This document shows, piece by piece, positions 9,828 to 22,400 of a stretch of 64,000 bases of DNA (position 1 is its first letter; each line of letters starts with the position of its first letter). The position numbers and the translations under genes were made by a program. The stretch is from Eledone cirrhosa. Its lineage: Eukaryota. The stretch lies in the NCBI GenBank assembly GCA_964016885.1, contig CAXHJY010001105.1, positions 395,547 through 459,546 on the forward strand, read 5' to 3'. The notes below the pieces were generated by a model. It ran no database searches. It was not told where the DNA came from and saw nothing but the letters and a program-made list of their open reading frames with translations.

Positions 9828-12061
9828 ATCCTAAAATAATTAATTTATCTAAAAGAGATCTTGACAATGATGAAATGCAAATTCTGTCAAAAGGACTGAA
9901 ATTCACACCGACTCCAACAGTCAACCACCAAGAACTGAAGGAGGATACCCAAGAATTCTGTCGAAAATTACGTCTTGTAGAATTCTTCGCTGATAAAAAT
10001 AATGAGAGTGATGAATCACTAGTAAAGAATAAATCAAATTTCACTCCGCCAAAAGGAAGAAATATCTATCTCGACCAATACATTGACATCCTGTCTAAAT
10101 TTCCTCTTAGACATAATACTAATGTTAGGCCAAACATTAACAAATCAGAAATGTCTGCACTTAAACGTATACAAAATGATAAAACAATAATAATTAAACA
10201 AGCAGATAAAGGGGGTGCAGTTGTTATAATGGATACTGAATACTACAAGGATTTGGTTGAGGAACAACTGAAAGACACAACATTCTATCATGAAATACCG
10301 TCAAATATAGACCACAACATCATGAAGAAGATCAACAACCTGGCTTCAAAATACCACAACTCATTTACTGATAAGGAAAGAGACTACATCACCAATTTTG
10401 AGCCGAAACCCAGCAACCTGTATGGCCTACCGAAAGTTCACAAGTCAAAAGAAATACAACTGGCAGTAAGAGAACAAAACAGTGAGTACATTAAATTATT
10501 ACACCCAAAAGACTTAAAACTTAGACCTATTATAGCTGGTCCAACATGCCCCACTCACCGTCTAAGCAATTTTGTTGACATTATTTTGAAACCACTATGT
10601 ATTCACATACCCAGTTTCATCCGGGATGATATCGACTTCCTGTCCCATCTTCCCAAAACCACGGAAACGAATTCACTTCTACTCAGTTTTGATGTGGTAA
10701 GCCTTTACACCAACATTACACATGATTTAGGAATAAAGGCGGTTAAATACTGGGTGGAAAAACATAGAGAAGTGATTCCCATTAGATTCACAGCGCCATT
10801 TATATTAGACGCAGTTAAACTTATTCTGGAAAACAACACTTTCTTCTTCAATGGAAAGAATTACATCCAAATTAGAGGCACAGCGATGGGAACGAAGTTT
10901 GCTCCCGTTTACGCGAACTCTGTAATGGGATACTTAGAACAACAACTCTACCAAGAAATAGAGGAAAAATATAGTACTGACTTTAGAAAGTACATTGAAA
11001 AATCTTGGAAGAGATACCTTGACGACTGTTTCATCATCTGGACAGAATCTTTAGATACTCTGGATGAGTTCAATATCCTCCTGAATAACCTACACCCATC
11101 TCTCCAATTCACAAAAGAGATGAGTAGGACCAAATTACCATTCCTAGATATAATGATAATCAAAAACGACACCACCATTACCACGGATATATATTATAAA
11201 CACACAGACACCCATCAATATCTGAATTTTAAGTCGTGCCATCCACCTCATACAAAACGCAACATCCCATACTGCCTAGCCAGAAGAATTTGTACCATTG
11301 TAGAAGATACGAATACCAGGTACAAACGCCTAACAGAACTAAGAGAATTTTTGCTCAAACAAAAATACCCATCTCTACTTATAGAAAATGGCATACAGCG
11401 GGCTATAAAAATACCTATACAACAACTTAGAACAACCCAAAGAAGAAGAAACCAAGAACTGGTCATACCATTTATAATGACACACAACCCATGTCACCAG
11501 AATATCTTCAACACTGCCAAAGCAAACCTACCGATCATTGCTCAAAGTAATGAATTAAAAGGCTTAATCACAGATCGATCTTTGACTCTTAGTAAAAGAC
11601 AGCCAAAAAATTTGAAGCAATTGCTAACAAAAGCAAAGTTTGACCTTAACAACAAAGACCAATCATTCACTGTATCTAAATGCAATGATAATCGATGCGG
11701 CACATGTCAATCCATACACGCCGGTCAATATATGAAAACAAAAACTGGAAAAATATTCACAAATGCAAATATGAACTGCAAAAGCAGAAATCTAATTTAC
11801 TGCATTAAATGCCCGAATTGTGAAGAACTATATGTCGGTCAAACTGGAAATGCACTATCGGAACGTGCACGGGTACACCGTCAACAAATCAGAGACCCAA
11901 ATGTCCGTCAGATACCCCTAAGCGGCCACCTGGCAACATGTGGTCAGGGAATATTTATAATATTCCCATTCTACAAATTACACAGCCCAAATGAAATCAA
12001 GAGAAAAATCAAAGAAAAGAATTTTATTGATAAATTCAAACCCAAGCTAAATGAACAATAA
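9734..12061 (+). CDS. Penelope-like reverse transcriptase + GIY-YIG endonuclease
   Basis: IINLS..LSKGLKFTPTP, ADKG, GLPKVHK, RPII, FDVVSLYTNI, GTAMG, RYLDD, KCNDNRCGTC linker, LIYCIKCPNCEELYVGQT. Stop-free from 9734 (first ATG at 9875). Confidence 0.93.
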   Translation, partial: TEKNSFFNVRTTKTGKRKTPGGNIPKTAVHVDPKIINLSKRDLDNDEMQILSKGLKFTPTPTVNHQELKEDTQEFCRKLRLVEFFADKNNESDESLVKNKSNFTPPKGRNIYLDQYIDILSKFPLRHNTNVRPNINKSEMSALKRIQNDKTIIIKQADKGGAVVIMDTEYYKDLVEEQLKDTTFYHEIPSNIDHNIMKKINNLASKYHNSFTDKERDYITNFEPKPSNLYGLPKVHKSKEIQLAVREQNSEYIKLLHPKDLKLRPIIAGPTCPTHRLSNFVDIILKPLCIHIPSFIRDDIDFLSHLPKTTETNSLLLSFDVVSLYTNITHDLGIKAVKYWVEKHREVIPIRFTAPFILDAVKLILENNTFFFNGKNYIQIRGTAMGTKFAPVYANSVMGYLEQQLYQEIEEKYSTDFRKYIEKSWKRYLDDCFIIWTESLDTLDEFNILLNNLHPSLQFTKEMSRTKLPFLDIMIIKNDTTITTDIYYKHTDTHQYLNFKSCHPPHTKRNIPYCLARRICTIVEDTNTRYKRLTELREFLLKQKYPSLLIENGIQRAIKIPIQQLRTTQRRRNQELVIPFIMTHNPCHQNIFNTAKANLPIIAQSNELKGLITDRSLTLSKRQPKNLKQLLTKAKFDLNNKDQSFTVSKCNDNRCGTCQSIHAGQYMKTKTGKIFTNANMNCKSRNLIYCIKCPNCEELYVGQTGNALSERARVHRQQIRDPNVRQIPLSGHLATCGQGIFIIFPFYKLHSPNEIKRKIKEKNFIDKFKPKLNEQ
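9749..9755 (+). promoter_or_regulatory. Candidate -1 ribosomal frameshift heptamer U UUU UUA
   Basis: ORF1 codons CAT TTT TTA. The RT frame is -1 relative to ORF1 and is open from 9734. Confidence 0.65.
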
Positions 12062-12436
12062 TAACGCCTAGGGGTATTACTTCTACTACCACTATGACCA
12101 CGACCACTAACAACAACAACAACAACAATAATAATAATAATAAAAATGATGTTGATGGTGATGATTAATAGAAAATGCTATTTTCATCATTTCAAAAAAG
12201 CAAAACAATTGATACGTTGGATATGACTATTGGTCGTTAGCATGCTCAACCAGCCGTGACGCTTAAACCAATCAGCTGTAGTAATTCAGTGAAACTACAC
12301 ACTGATTGGTCGTAATACAGTTTACAGGGCTTTGCATTCTGGAGCCACTTTTCTCTGTATAAAGTGTATAAAAGGTAGGAAATTTACCCATCTCATTACA
12401 GTTGAAAATTGCAAACTCGACTGTCACCACATATCA

Positions 12437-12475
12437 TGAACCTGAAGATTGCGAAAGCATGAAAGTACTTGTTCA
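12437..12475 (+). ncRNA. Minimal hammerhead ribozyme in the 3' pLTR
   Basis: Identical to 8235-8273. Confidence 0.8.
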
Positions 12476-12601
12476 ATTAACACTTAGAATTTAATATTCT
12501 ATCATACTATTTCATTATAATACCATTATATATATTTTAAAGGATTGTAAATAAAACGAGTAAATCAGACAAAGTTGGAATTCCTCTTATTAATATATAT
12601 G

Positions 12602-12632
<31 letters not shown>

Positions 12633-13215
12633 GTATGCATATATATATGTATGTATATATATATATGTATGTATATATATATATGTATGTATGTATATAT
12701 ATGTATATATATATATGTATGTATATATATATATGTATGTATATATATATATGTATGTATATATATATATGTATGTATATATATATATGTATGTATATAT
12801 ATATATGTATATATATATATGTATGTATATATATATATATGTATGTATATATATATATGTATGTATATATATATATGTATATGTATATATATATATGTAT
12901 ATATATATATGTATATATATATATATGTATGTATATATATATATATATGTATGTATATATATATATATGTATGTATATATATATATATGTATGTATATAT
13001 ATATATGTATGTATATATATGTATATATATGTATGTATATATATATATGTATATATATATATGTATATATATATAAGTGTATATATATATAAGTATATAT
13101 ATATATGTATGTATATATATATATGTATGTATATATATATATATATGTATGTATATATATATATGTATGTATATATATATATGTATATATATATATGTAT
13201 GTATATATATATATA

Positions 13216-15667
13216 ACTTTGAATAACTTTGAAATGTTTTGGCCAGTATTGGCCCAGGCCATGTCTAACTTAATAGCACCACCCGGCGAAGTCTTTCAAT
13301 TCAGGATTTGGGCACCATGGCCCATTCGAGAAGAGAATTACTGTTTGCGGAGACATATCCGGGTGTGGGTGGTTTGTCCGGGATTACTTGGAGGAATTTG
13401 TCCAAAGACTTCTTGAATTTTGTGTGGTCAGTTTCTGTTTTGACGTGTCCTGGTGTGATGTTGAAGAGAGCAGGGCCGATTGAGGTGAAATAATTGTGCC
13501 GTATTGTTGTTATGAGTTGCGATTTAGATTTTTGAATGGGACGGATAGCACGGGGCCCAAGCCTTGGGTGTATCTTGAAGGCGATGCCCACATCATTTGG
13601 GCAGTGATGATGGAACATTTTCCACATCATGCAGATAATATAACGCTCACGGCGACGTTGGAGTGAGTAAAGTTTCAGGTTTTCCAATCGACCCCAGTAG
13701 TCAAGGTCTGACCTTCCATCTATCTTTTTCGTGATTGCCCTTTGAGGAGCTTCAAGTTTCATGATACTTTGTTTCGTGTGGGGAGACCACAGTGGACAAC
13801 AGTATTCAAGGTGTGGTCGGGCGAAAGTAGAGAAGAGAAGGATAATGGTGCGGGAATCTCTCGACTGGAAGGTTCTGAGGATCCAGGAACACATTCTGCG
13901 GGCCATGTCAACTTTGCTGCTTATATGCGTGGTCCAGCTTATGTTGCCGTCCACGGTTACTCCCAAGTCTCTGATGTTGTTAGATGCCACGAGAGTTTCC
14001 CCGGAGGGAAGGGAGTACGGGAGTTTCAGAGCATCCTCTTTTCCAAAGTGGATCAGTTCGAATTTGTCTTCGTTCAGTAACATGTTGTTCTTTTCTGCCC
14101 ATTGGGTAACAGCCAGTAGGTCTGACTGAAGGCTTATCCGGTCATCCACGCCATTGATGACCTTTTGGAGCTTGGAATCATCAGCGAAAATTTTAATGTT
14201 GCTGTGTTTGATGATGTCAGTGATGTCATTAATATAGATGATGAAGAGAAGTGGGCCCAACACAGTGCCTTGTGGGACTCCACTACTGACTTTGGCTGGG
14301 CTTGATTTGACTCCCTCAACTACAACATGTTGGGTTCTGTTTGACAGGAAGCTCTTGATCCACTGCAGCAGCTTTCCAGTGACACCAATATTGGACAGCT
14401 TTCTCAGTAGAATGTTATGATCAACCCTGTCAAAGGCCTTGCTGAAATCAAGGTAGATAACATCAGTGTTGGAACCCTCTCCCAAGGCTCTCAAAATGTC
14501 ATCAAAGTGATGCAGTAGTTGCGTCAGGCAATCCCTTCCATTACGGAATCCATGCTGGTTGGAGTTCAGCATATTGTTACTCTCAAGGAAGTGGGTCATT
14601 CGCGATCTCACCACTCGCTCAAATACCTTAATGATATGAGAGGTGAGTGAGATTGGACGGTAATTCACGGCAAGGGATTTGTTTCCCTTTTTGAAAACTG
14701 GGACAACAGACTGGGATAGAAGGTTTTCTGGCACATATCCAGCATCCAGTGAGTTCCGCCACAGATTGGCAAGAGGAGAAGCAAGTTGGTGTTGACACGC
14801 CTTCAAGACACAAGCAGGGAACCTATCGGGACCTACTGCTGAATTATGCTTGATTTCCTTTATTGCCGCCAAGACATCAGGGGCGCCAAACGTTATGTCC
14901 GATAAGGTGTAATGGGGAGTAACATCGCCGATACAGCCCAGATCGGCCATATCAGGATTTCTGAAAACAGAGCAGTATTGTTTCTGCAGTATCTCACCCA
15001 TGGTTTTAGCATTGTCTTGAAGAGTGCCATTTTCATCAATTAGAGGGCCAACAGTAGAGCCAGTGATTTTGTGTTTTTTTGCAAATGAAAAGAACACTTT
15101 GGGATTGAGTTTGATCTTCTCAATGGCCCAGGCCTCTTCAGCTCTTCTCTGATTGTTGATGAGGGACATTATGTTGTTTTGGAGGTTATGTTTTTTAATC
15201 TCTAGTGATGAAATGGCAGTCAAGTTGATGTGTTGCTGCTGACAGTATTTCAGCTTGTTGATTTTTTTGTTCGTTCTCTTAATTTTTCTGATGAGTGTTT
15301 TTCTATTTCTAGGGATTCTGCTCTTAGATTTGTTTATAGTTCTTAATGGGGTGTGTTTAGCACATATGTTTGTAACAGTGTCCACAAATGTCTGCCAGGA
15401 CTTTTTGATGTTAGTGGGTGTATGAGTGTGCGTGAAGGACCAGTCGACATGTGCAAGATCATGACTGATCGCTTCCCAGTTTGCATTGTGGAAATCCATA
15501 GCGTCAAACGGATGGACAGGAGAAATGACATTGGGTTTGTATATTGGACGGTGGAATCTCAGATCACAGAGAACCATGTCATGATCAGAGAGTAGAGTTT
15601 TCTCCACTGCAATATTGTGGATATTGTCAGTGTGATTGCTGAAAATTAAGTCTAGGACGTTTTTTTG
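13216..15667 (-). mobile_element. 5'-truncated CR1-group LINE with uninterrupted ORF2 remainder (13301-15667)
   Basis: LDLIFSN..SDH (end of APE domain), [54 protein letters not shown]. Short tandem 3' tail (ttcaaagtta)2. Both ends lie in TA microsatellite. Confidence 0.9.
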
Positions 15668-15747
15668 TATGTATATATATATATATGTATGTATATATAT
15701 ATATATATGTATGTATATATATATATGTATATGTATATATATATATG

Positions 15748-15778
<31 letters not shown>

Positions 15779-16279
15779 GTATGTATATATATATATATAT
15801 GTATGTATATATATATATATGTATGTATATATATATATATGTATGTATATATATATATGTATGTATATATATGTATATATATGTATGTATATATATATAT
15901 GTATATATATATATGTATATATATATATGTATATATATATATGTATGTATATATATATATATATATAAATATATATATATATGTATGTATATATATATAA
16001 ATGTATATATATGTATATATATATGTATGTAAATATATGTATATATGTATGTATATACATGTATATATATATATACACATCCATATATGTATATATATAT
16101 ATGTGTGTGTGTGTGCTTGTGTGTGTGTGCGCGCGCGCGAGCGTGTAATAAGACAAAAGCGTGAGATTCAAGTCATAAACAATGTTTTATTATATTTTTT
16201 GCTCCAAGTGATAAACAGTGTTTTATTATTTCTTCAGACAATTATACTTTATTCACTTATGTGTGCGTATATATATATA

Positions 16280-16336
<57 letters not shown>

Positions 16337-16807
16337 GCCGCATGATAATAATCTAAATAATATACAATATAGAACAATTGAGATGATGATGATGATGAAG
16401 AGTGAGTTTATAATAAATTAACAGACGCCATTGCACGAGACAATCCAAACACCAAGTTTTCGGCGATGTAACATTACTACTAATAAAAATAATACAGTGA
16501 TTGTTTTTTTTTTTGTTCATTGTTTTTTTTGTACATTAATATCTCCTTTTAAGGTCAAGGTTTTTATAATTCTGTGTTTCTTTTATATATATGTATGTGT
16601 GTGTGTGTGTGTGTGTGTGTAAATATATATATATATATGTGTGTGTGTGTGTAAATATATATATATATGTGTGTGTGTGTAAATATATATATGTATATAT
16701 GTGTGTGTGTGTAAATATATATATATATGTGTGTGTGTGTGTGTAAATATATATATATATGTGTGTGTGTGTAAATATATATATGTATATATGTATATAT
16801 ATATATA

Positions 16808-16937
16808 ACTGTTTCTACTTTTGGCACAAATCAAGCAATTATCCAGTACATTACTGGTACTTTATTTATCGACCCCGTAAGGATGAAAGGCAAAGTTAAC
16901 CTCGGCGGGATTTGAGCTCAGATTGTAAAGGGACGTA
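16808..16937 (-). mobile_element. SINE, partial (family of 45851-46036)
   Basis: actggtactttatttatcgaccccgtaaggatgaaaggcaaagttaacc core. Confidence 0.75.
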
Positions 16938-17149
16938 TGTGTGTATATATATATATGTCTATATATATAATTTTCTTATTTTACGTCTCTCATATATATA
17001 TATATATACACATATATACACACACACATATATATATATCGAGGGAGTATAACATGAAGTTACTGTAGGTTCACCCGGGTGAGCACTCGACGTTTAGGTT
17101 CACGTCAATATCGAGGTGTAGAGCTAGACAGAGTGTAATATAATAATAC

Positions 17150-17410
17150 AAGGGCGGGTGGTTACTTCTTCATTGCGTTTATTGGTTGGTGACGCACGTT
17201 TCGCTACTGATCAGCTCAAGGTTCGATCTGTATCGATCTGGCCTGACTCTGCAATCAAGAGCTCGTCGGACTTCTGCTGTCATTACAACAGTAGAGGACC
17301 GACGAGCGTTTGATTCCAAAGCGATACAGCACGAACCTTGAGCTGATCAATAGCGAAACGCGCGTCACCAATTAATAAATGTAATGAAGGCTTCACAAAT
17401 CGTCCTTGTA
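17150..17410. repeat. Diverged inverted repeat with a truncated hammerhead half (pLTR-like)
   Basis: ggtgacgcacgtttcgctactgatcagctcaaggttcg / cgaaccttgagctgatcaatagcgaaacgcgcgtcacc. Confidence 0.6.
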
Positions 17411-17412
17411 TG

Positions 17413-17458
<46 letters not shown>

Positions 17459-17463
<5 letters not shown>

Positions 17464-17859
17464 TTCCTCTAGCATTCGCGGTCCCTTTAATTCGCGAAAT
17501 TTTCCTTAGAACCCAACCAATAATAAACCACCGAATATTCGCGGAATCGTGAACATCTTCCGCGATTTTTGGGGGTCTTTTTGCGTGACAATATATATTG
17601 TTTCACCCTTTTTAACAATAAATTATTAACAACAATATACCATATTTGCCGGCCTATTGGACGCACCTTCGCATAAGACGCTCCTTCTTTTTTTATTATA
17701 TTTTACGTTATATGTTGATGTTTTTAGGCATTTTTATGGACCACGTCCAATATTTGTGGTTTTTCACTCTTTGTGGGTGTTCTGGTTACATGACCCCGCC
17801 AATACTGGGGACAACTGTATATATACACATATATATATATATATACACATATATATATA

Positions 17860-17915
<56 letters not shown>

Positions 17916-17944
17916 TAACCCCCGCAAATACCAGGAGACAACTG
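17459..17944. mobile_element. Possible pogo/Tigger-like MITE remnant
   Basis: Imperfect termini tagtgttcctctagcattcgcgg ... ccccgcaaataccaggagacaactg in TA context. Right end is duplicated. Confidence 0.3.
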
Positions 17945-18395
17945 TATATAAACACATATATATATATTTATATATATATATATATGTGTGATGTATGTAT
18001 GTGTATATTTATGTATATGTGTGTGTATATATATATGTGATGTATGTATGTGTATGTATATATTTATGTGTATGTATATATTTATGTATATGTGTGTGTG
18101 TGTATATATATATATATATGTGTGATGTATGTATGTGTATGTATATATTTATGTATATGTGTGTGTATATATATATATATGTGTGTGTGTATGTATCTAT
18201 GCATGTATGTATGTATGTATATATATGTGTGTGTATGTATCTATGCATGTATGTATGTATGTATATATATATGTATCTATGTATGTATGTATGTATATAT
18301 ATATGTATCTATGTATCTATGCATGTATGTATATATATATGTATGTATCTATGCATGTATGTATGTATATAGATGTATATGTGCGTATATAGAAG

Positions 18396-18463
18396 TCAAG
18401 ATGTGGGGTCAACGTCAACAGGGGAGGTAACAAAGTTGGGGTCGTTCCACATGACGTCACGAC
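18396..18463 (-). CDS. PRDM14: Candidate terminal coding exon of PRDM14
   Basis: Good acceptor (ttgtttgtttatatttttcag). A phase-1 join to the donor after 28879 gives ..EPL-C-RDVMWNDPNFVTSPVDVDPTS*. No homology support. Confidence 0.4.
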
Positions 18464-18514
18464 CTGAAAAATATAAACAAACAATAAATAAATAACAATA
18501 ATAATAATAATAAT

Positions 18515-18745
18515 GGTTTCTTATTTAGGCACAAGGCCAGCAATTTTTTTTTTTTTTTTTTTTTGGGGGGGGGGGAGGGGGGAAGTCGATGAAATCAACC
18601 TCAGTGTGTGACTGGTACTTTATTTTATCGACCCCGTAAGGATGAAAGGCAAAGTTAACCTTGGCTGGATTTGAACTCAGACATAAAGGGACGTAACTCT
18701 ATGCTGCAAAGCATGGTGTCCGACCCTCTACCGATACTGAAAATC
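18515..18745 (-). mobile_element. SINE (family of 45851-46036)
   Basis: Same central core and head sequence. Confidence 0.75.
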
Positions 18746-19017
18746 TAAACTATAATAAATTAAGGAGTGCGGGACTGCGTACGGTTTATAATTGTTTATC
18801 CCTTAAGTAAAATAAGTTGGATTATTTTGAATAAATAATGAATATTACATAATTTATCCACTAAATTTCGTAGCTTTTGATTAAATATATTTTATTACTT
18901 ATTTTAAGATTCACTTCTTTAAAATTTTCAAATGTCAACACTTCCGGTTAGCGGTCGCTTAAATAAACATTCATATATTTCCGTCACTAATTTTCTCCGA
19001 ATGCAGTTTATATATAA

Positions 19018-19203
19018 TGGTTTCTACTTTTGGCACAAGGCCAGCAATTACCCAGTGCATTACTGGTACTTTATTTTATCGACCCCGTAAGGATGAAAGG
19101 CAAAGTTAACATTGGCGGGATTTGATCTCAGAATGGCAAGGGCCGTAACTCTATACGTCAAAGCATGGCGTCCGACCCTCTACCAATACTGCCAATCCAC
19201 CGG
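19018..19203 (-). mobile_element. SINE, full length (family of 45851-46036)
   Basis: Reverse complement match along the whole element. Confidence 0.8.
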
Positions 19204-19419
19204 TCTTTCTTAATGTATCATGGATTATTTTACTGATTACAGAAGACAGTGTAACGCAGTCTTCGTTCAATTTCTGTGTATATCGTCAACTACGACTATA
19301 TGTGATGTATCTTATCTACATGTATATATACTTGTGTATAATATCAATATACACACCACACAGGGTGGTTTTTCTGCTAGTAACATTAATGATGATGACG
19401 AGAATCTTGGGTAATGTCC

Positions 19420-22400
19420 AAAAGAATACGATGCCGAATATAAGCGGCCGAAATGGGTTCCTCCGAAGGGTCTTTGAAGTGATGTTGCTCGATAGAGTGT
19501 GTAGCCTAGAGATCAGAGAGTTACTCCAGGTAGAGCTGCTACTTCTCCGAATTGAGAGATCACAACTCTGATACTACAGACATGTGGTTAGAATGTCTGA
19601 GGAAAGAATCTCTGAATTGAGAGACCACAGCTCTGATACTACAGACATGTGGTTAGAATGTCTGAGGAAAGAATCTCTGAATTGAGAGATCACAGCGCTG
19701 ATACTACAGACATGTGGTTAGAATGTCTGAGGAAAGAATCTCTGAATTGAGAGATCACAGCGCTGATACTACAGACATGTGGTTAGAATGTCTCAGGAAA
19801 GAATCTCTGAATTGAGAGACCACAGCTCTGATACTACAGACATGTGGTTAGAATGTCTGAGGAAAGAATCTCTGAATTGAGAGACCACAGCTCTGATACT
19901 ACAGACATGTGGTTAGAATGTCTGAGGAAAGAATCTCTGAATTGAGAGATCACAGCGCTGATACTACAGACATGTGGTTAGAATGTCTGAGGAAAGAATC
20001 TCTGAATTGAGAGATCACAGCGCTGATACTACAGACATGTGGTTAGAATGTCTCAGGAAAGAATCTCTGAATTGAGAGACCACAGCTCTGATACTACAGA
20101 CATGTGGTTAGAATGTCTAAGGAAAGAATCTCTGAATTGAGAGATCACAGCGCTGATACTACAGACATGTGGTTAGAATGTCTCAGGAAAGAATCTCTGA
20201 ATTGAGAGACCACAGCTCTGATACTACAGACATGTGGTTAGAATGTCTGAGGAAAGAATCTCTGAATTGAGAGATCACAGCGCTGATACTACAGACATGT
20301 GGTTAGAATGTCTGAGGAAAGAATCTCTGAATTGAGAGACCACAGCTGTGATACTACAGACATGTGGTTAGAATGTCTCAGGAAAGAATCTCTGAATTGA
20401 GAGACCACAGCTCTGATACTACAGACATGTGGTTAGAATGTCTGAGGAAAGAATCTCTGAATTGAGAGATCACAGCGCTGATACTACAGACATGTGGTTA
20501 GAATGTCTCAGGAAAGAATCTCTGAATTGAGAGACCACAGCTCTGATACTACAGACATGTGGTTAGAATGTCTGAGGAAAGAATCTCTGAATTGAGAGAC
20601 CACAGCTCTGATACTACAGACATGTGGTTAGAATGTCTGAGGAAAGAATCTCTGAATTGAGAGATCACAGCTCTGATACTACAGACATGTGGTTAGAATG
20701 TCTGAGGAAAGAATCTCTGAATTGAGAGACCACAGCTCTGATACTACAGACATGTGGTTAGAATGTCTGAGGAAAGAATCTCTGAATTGAGAGATCACAG
20801 CTCTGATACTACAGACATGTGGTTAGAATGTCTCAGGAAAGAATCTCTGAATTGAGAGACCACAGCTCTGATACTACAGACATGTGGTTAGAATGTCTGA
20901 GGAAAGAATCTCTGAATTGAGAGACCACAGCTCTGATACTACAGACATGTGGTTAGAATGTCTGAGGAAAGAATCTCTGAATTGAGAGATCACAGCTCTG
21001 ATACTACAGACATGTGGTTAGAATGTCTCAGGAAAGAATCTCTGAATTGAGAGACCACAGCTCTGATACTACAGACATGTGGTTAGAATGTCTGAGGAAA
21101 GAATCTCTGAATTGAGAGATCACAGCGCTGATACTACAGACATGTGGTTAGAATGTCTCAGGAAAGAATCTCTGAATTGAGAGATCACAGCTCTGATACT
21201 ACAGACATGTGGTTAGAATGTCTGAGGAAAGAATCTCTGAATTGAGAGATCACAGCTCTGATACTACAGACATGTGGTTAGAATGTCTGAGGAAAGAATC
21301 TCTGAATTGAGAGATCACAGCTCTGATACTACAGACATGTGGTTAGAATGTCTGAGGAAAGAATCTCTGAATTGAGAGATCACAGCTCTGATACTACAGA
21401 CATGTGGTTAAAATGTCTCAGGAAAGAATCTCTGAACTGAGAGATCACAGCTCTGATACTACAGACATGTGGTTAGAATGTCTCAGGTCAGAATCTCTGA
21501 ATTGAGAGATCACAGCTCTGATACTACAGACATGTGGTTAAAATGTCTCAGGAAAGAATCTCTGAACTGAGAGATCACAGCTCTGATAATACAGACATGT
21601 GGTTAGAATGTCTGAGGAAAGAATCTCTGAATTGAGAGATCACAGCTCTGATACTATAGACATGTGGTTAGAATGTCTCAGGTAAGAATCTCTGGATTGA
21701 GAGATCACAGCTCTGATACTACAGACATGTGGTTAGCATGTCTGAGGAAAGAATCTCTGAATTGAGAGATCACAGCTCTGATACTACAGACATGTGGTTA
21801 GAATGTCTCAGGAAAGAATCTCTGAATTGAGAGATCACAGCTCTGATACTACAGGCATGTGGTTAGAATGTCTCAGGAAAGAATCTCTGAATTGAGAGAT
21901 CACAGCTCTGATACTACAGACATGTGGTTAGAATGTCTCAGGAAAGAAACTCTGAATTGAGAGATCACAGCTCTGATACTACAGACATGAGGTTAGAATG
22001 TCTGAGGAAAGAATCTCTGAATTGAGAGATCACAGCTCTGATACTACAGACATGTGGTTAGTATGTCTGAGGAAAGAATCTTTGAACTGAGAGACCACAG
22101 CTCTGATACTACAGACATGTGGTTAGAATGTCTCAGGAAAGAATCTCTGAATTGAGAGATCACAGCTCTGCACTACAGACATGTGGTTAGAATGTCTCAG
22201 GAAAGAATCTCTGAATTGAGAGACCACAGCTCTGATACTACAGACATGTGGTTAGAATGTCTGAGGAAAGAATCTCTGAATTGAGAGATCACAGCTCTGA
22301 TACTACCGACATGTGGTTAAAATGTCTCAGGAAAGAATCTTTGAACTGAGAGACCACAGCTCTGATACTACCGACATGTGGTTAAAATGTCTCAGGAAAG

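Larger units (their letters stand above)
7895..12596 (+). mobile_element. Apparently intact Penelope-like retroelement (Neptune-type)
   Basis: Inverted pLTR 7895-8123, direct pLTRs 8124-8395 and 12326-12596 (essentially identical), ORF1 plus RT-GIY-YIG ORF. Flanked on both sides by (TA/TATG)n. Confidence 0.92.

Noticed and set aside
15668-16171. N-terminal part of the 956-aa ORF
   Set aside because: Read-through of TA microsatellite. The LINE sequence starts at about 15667.
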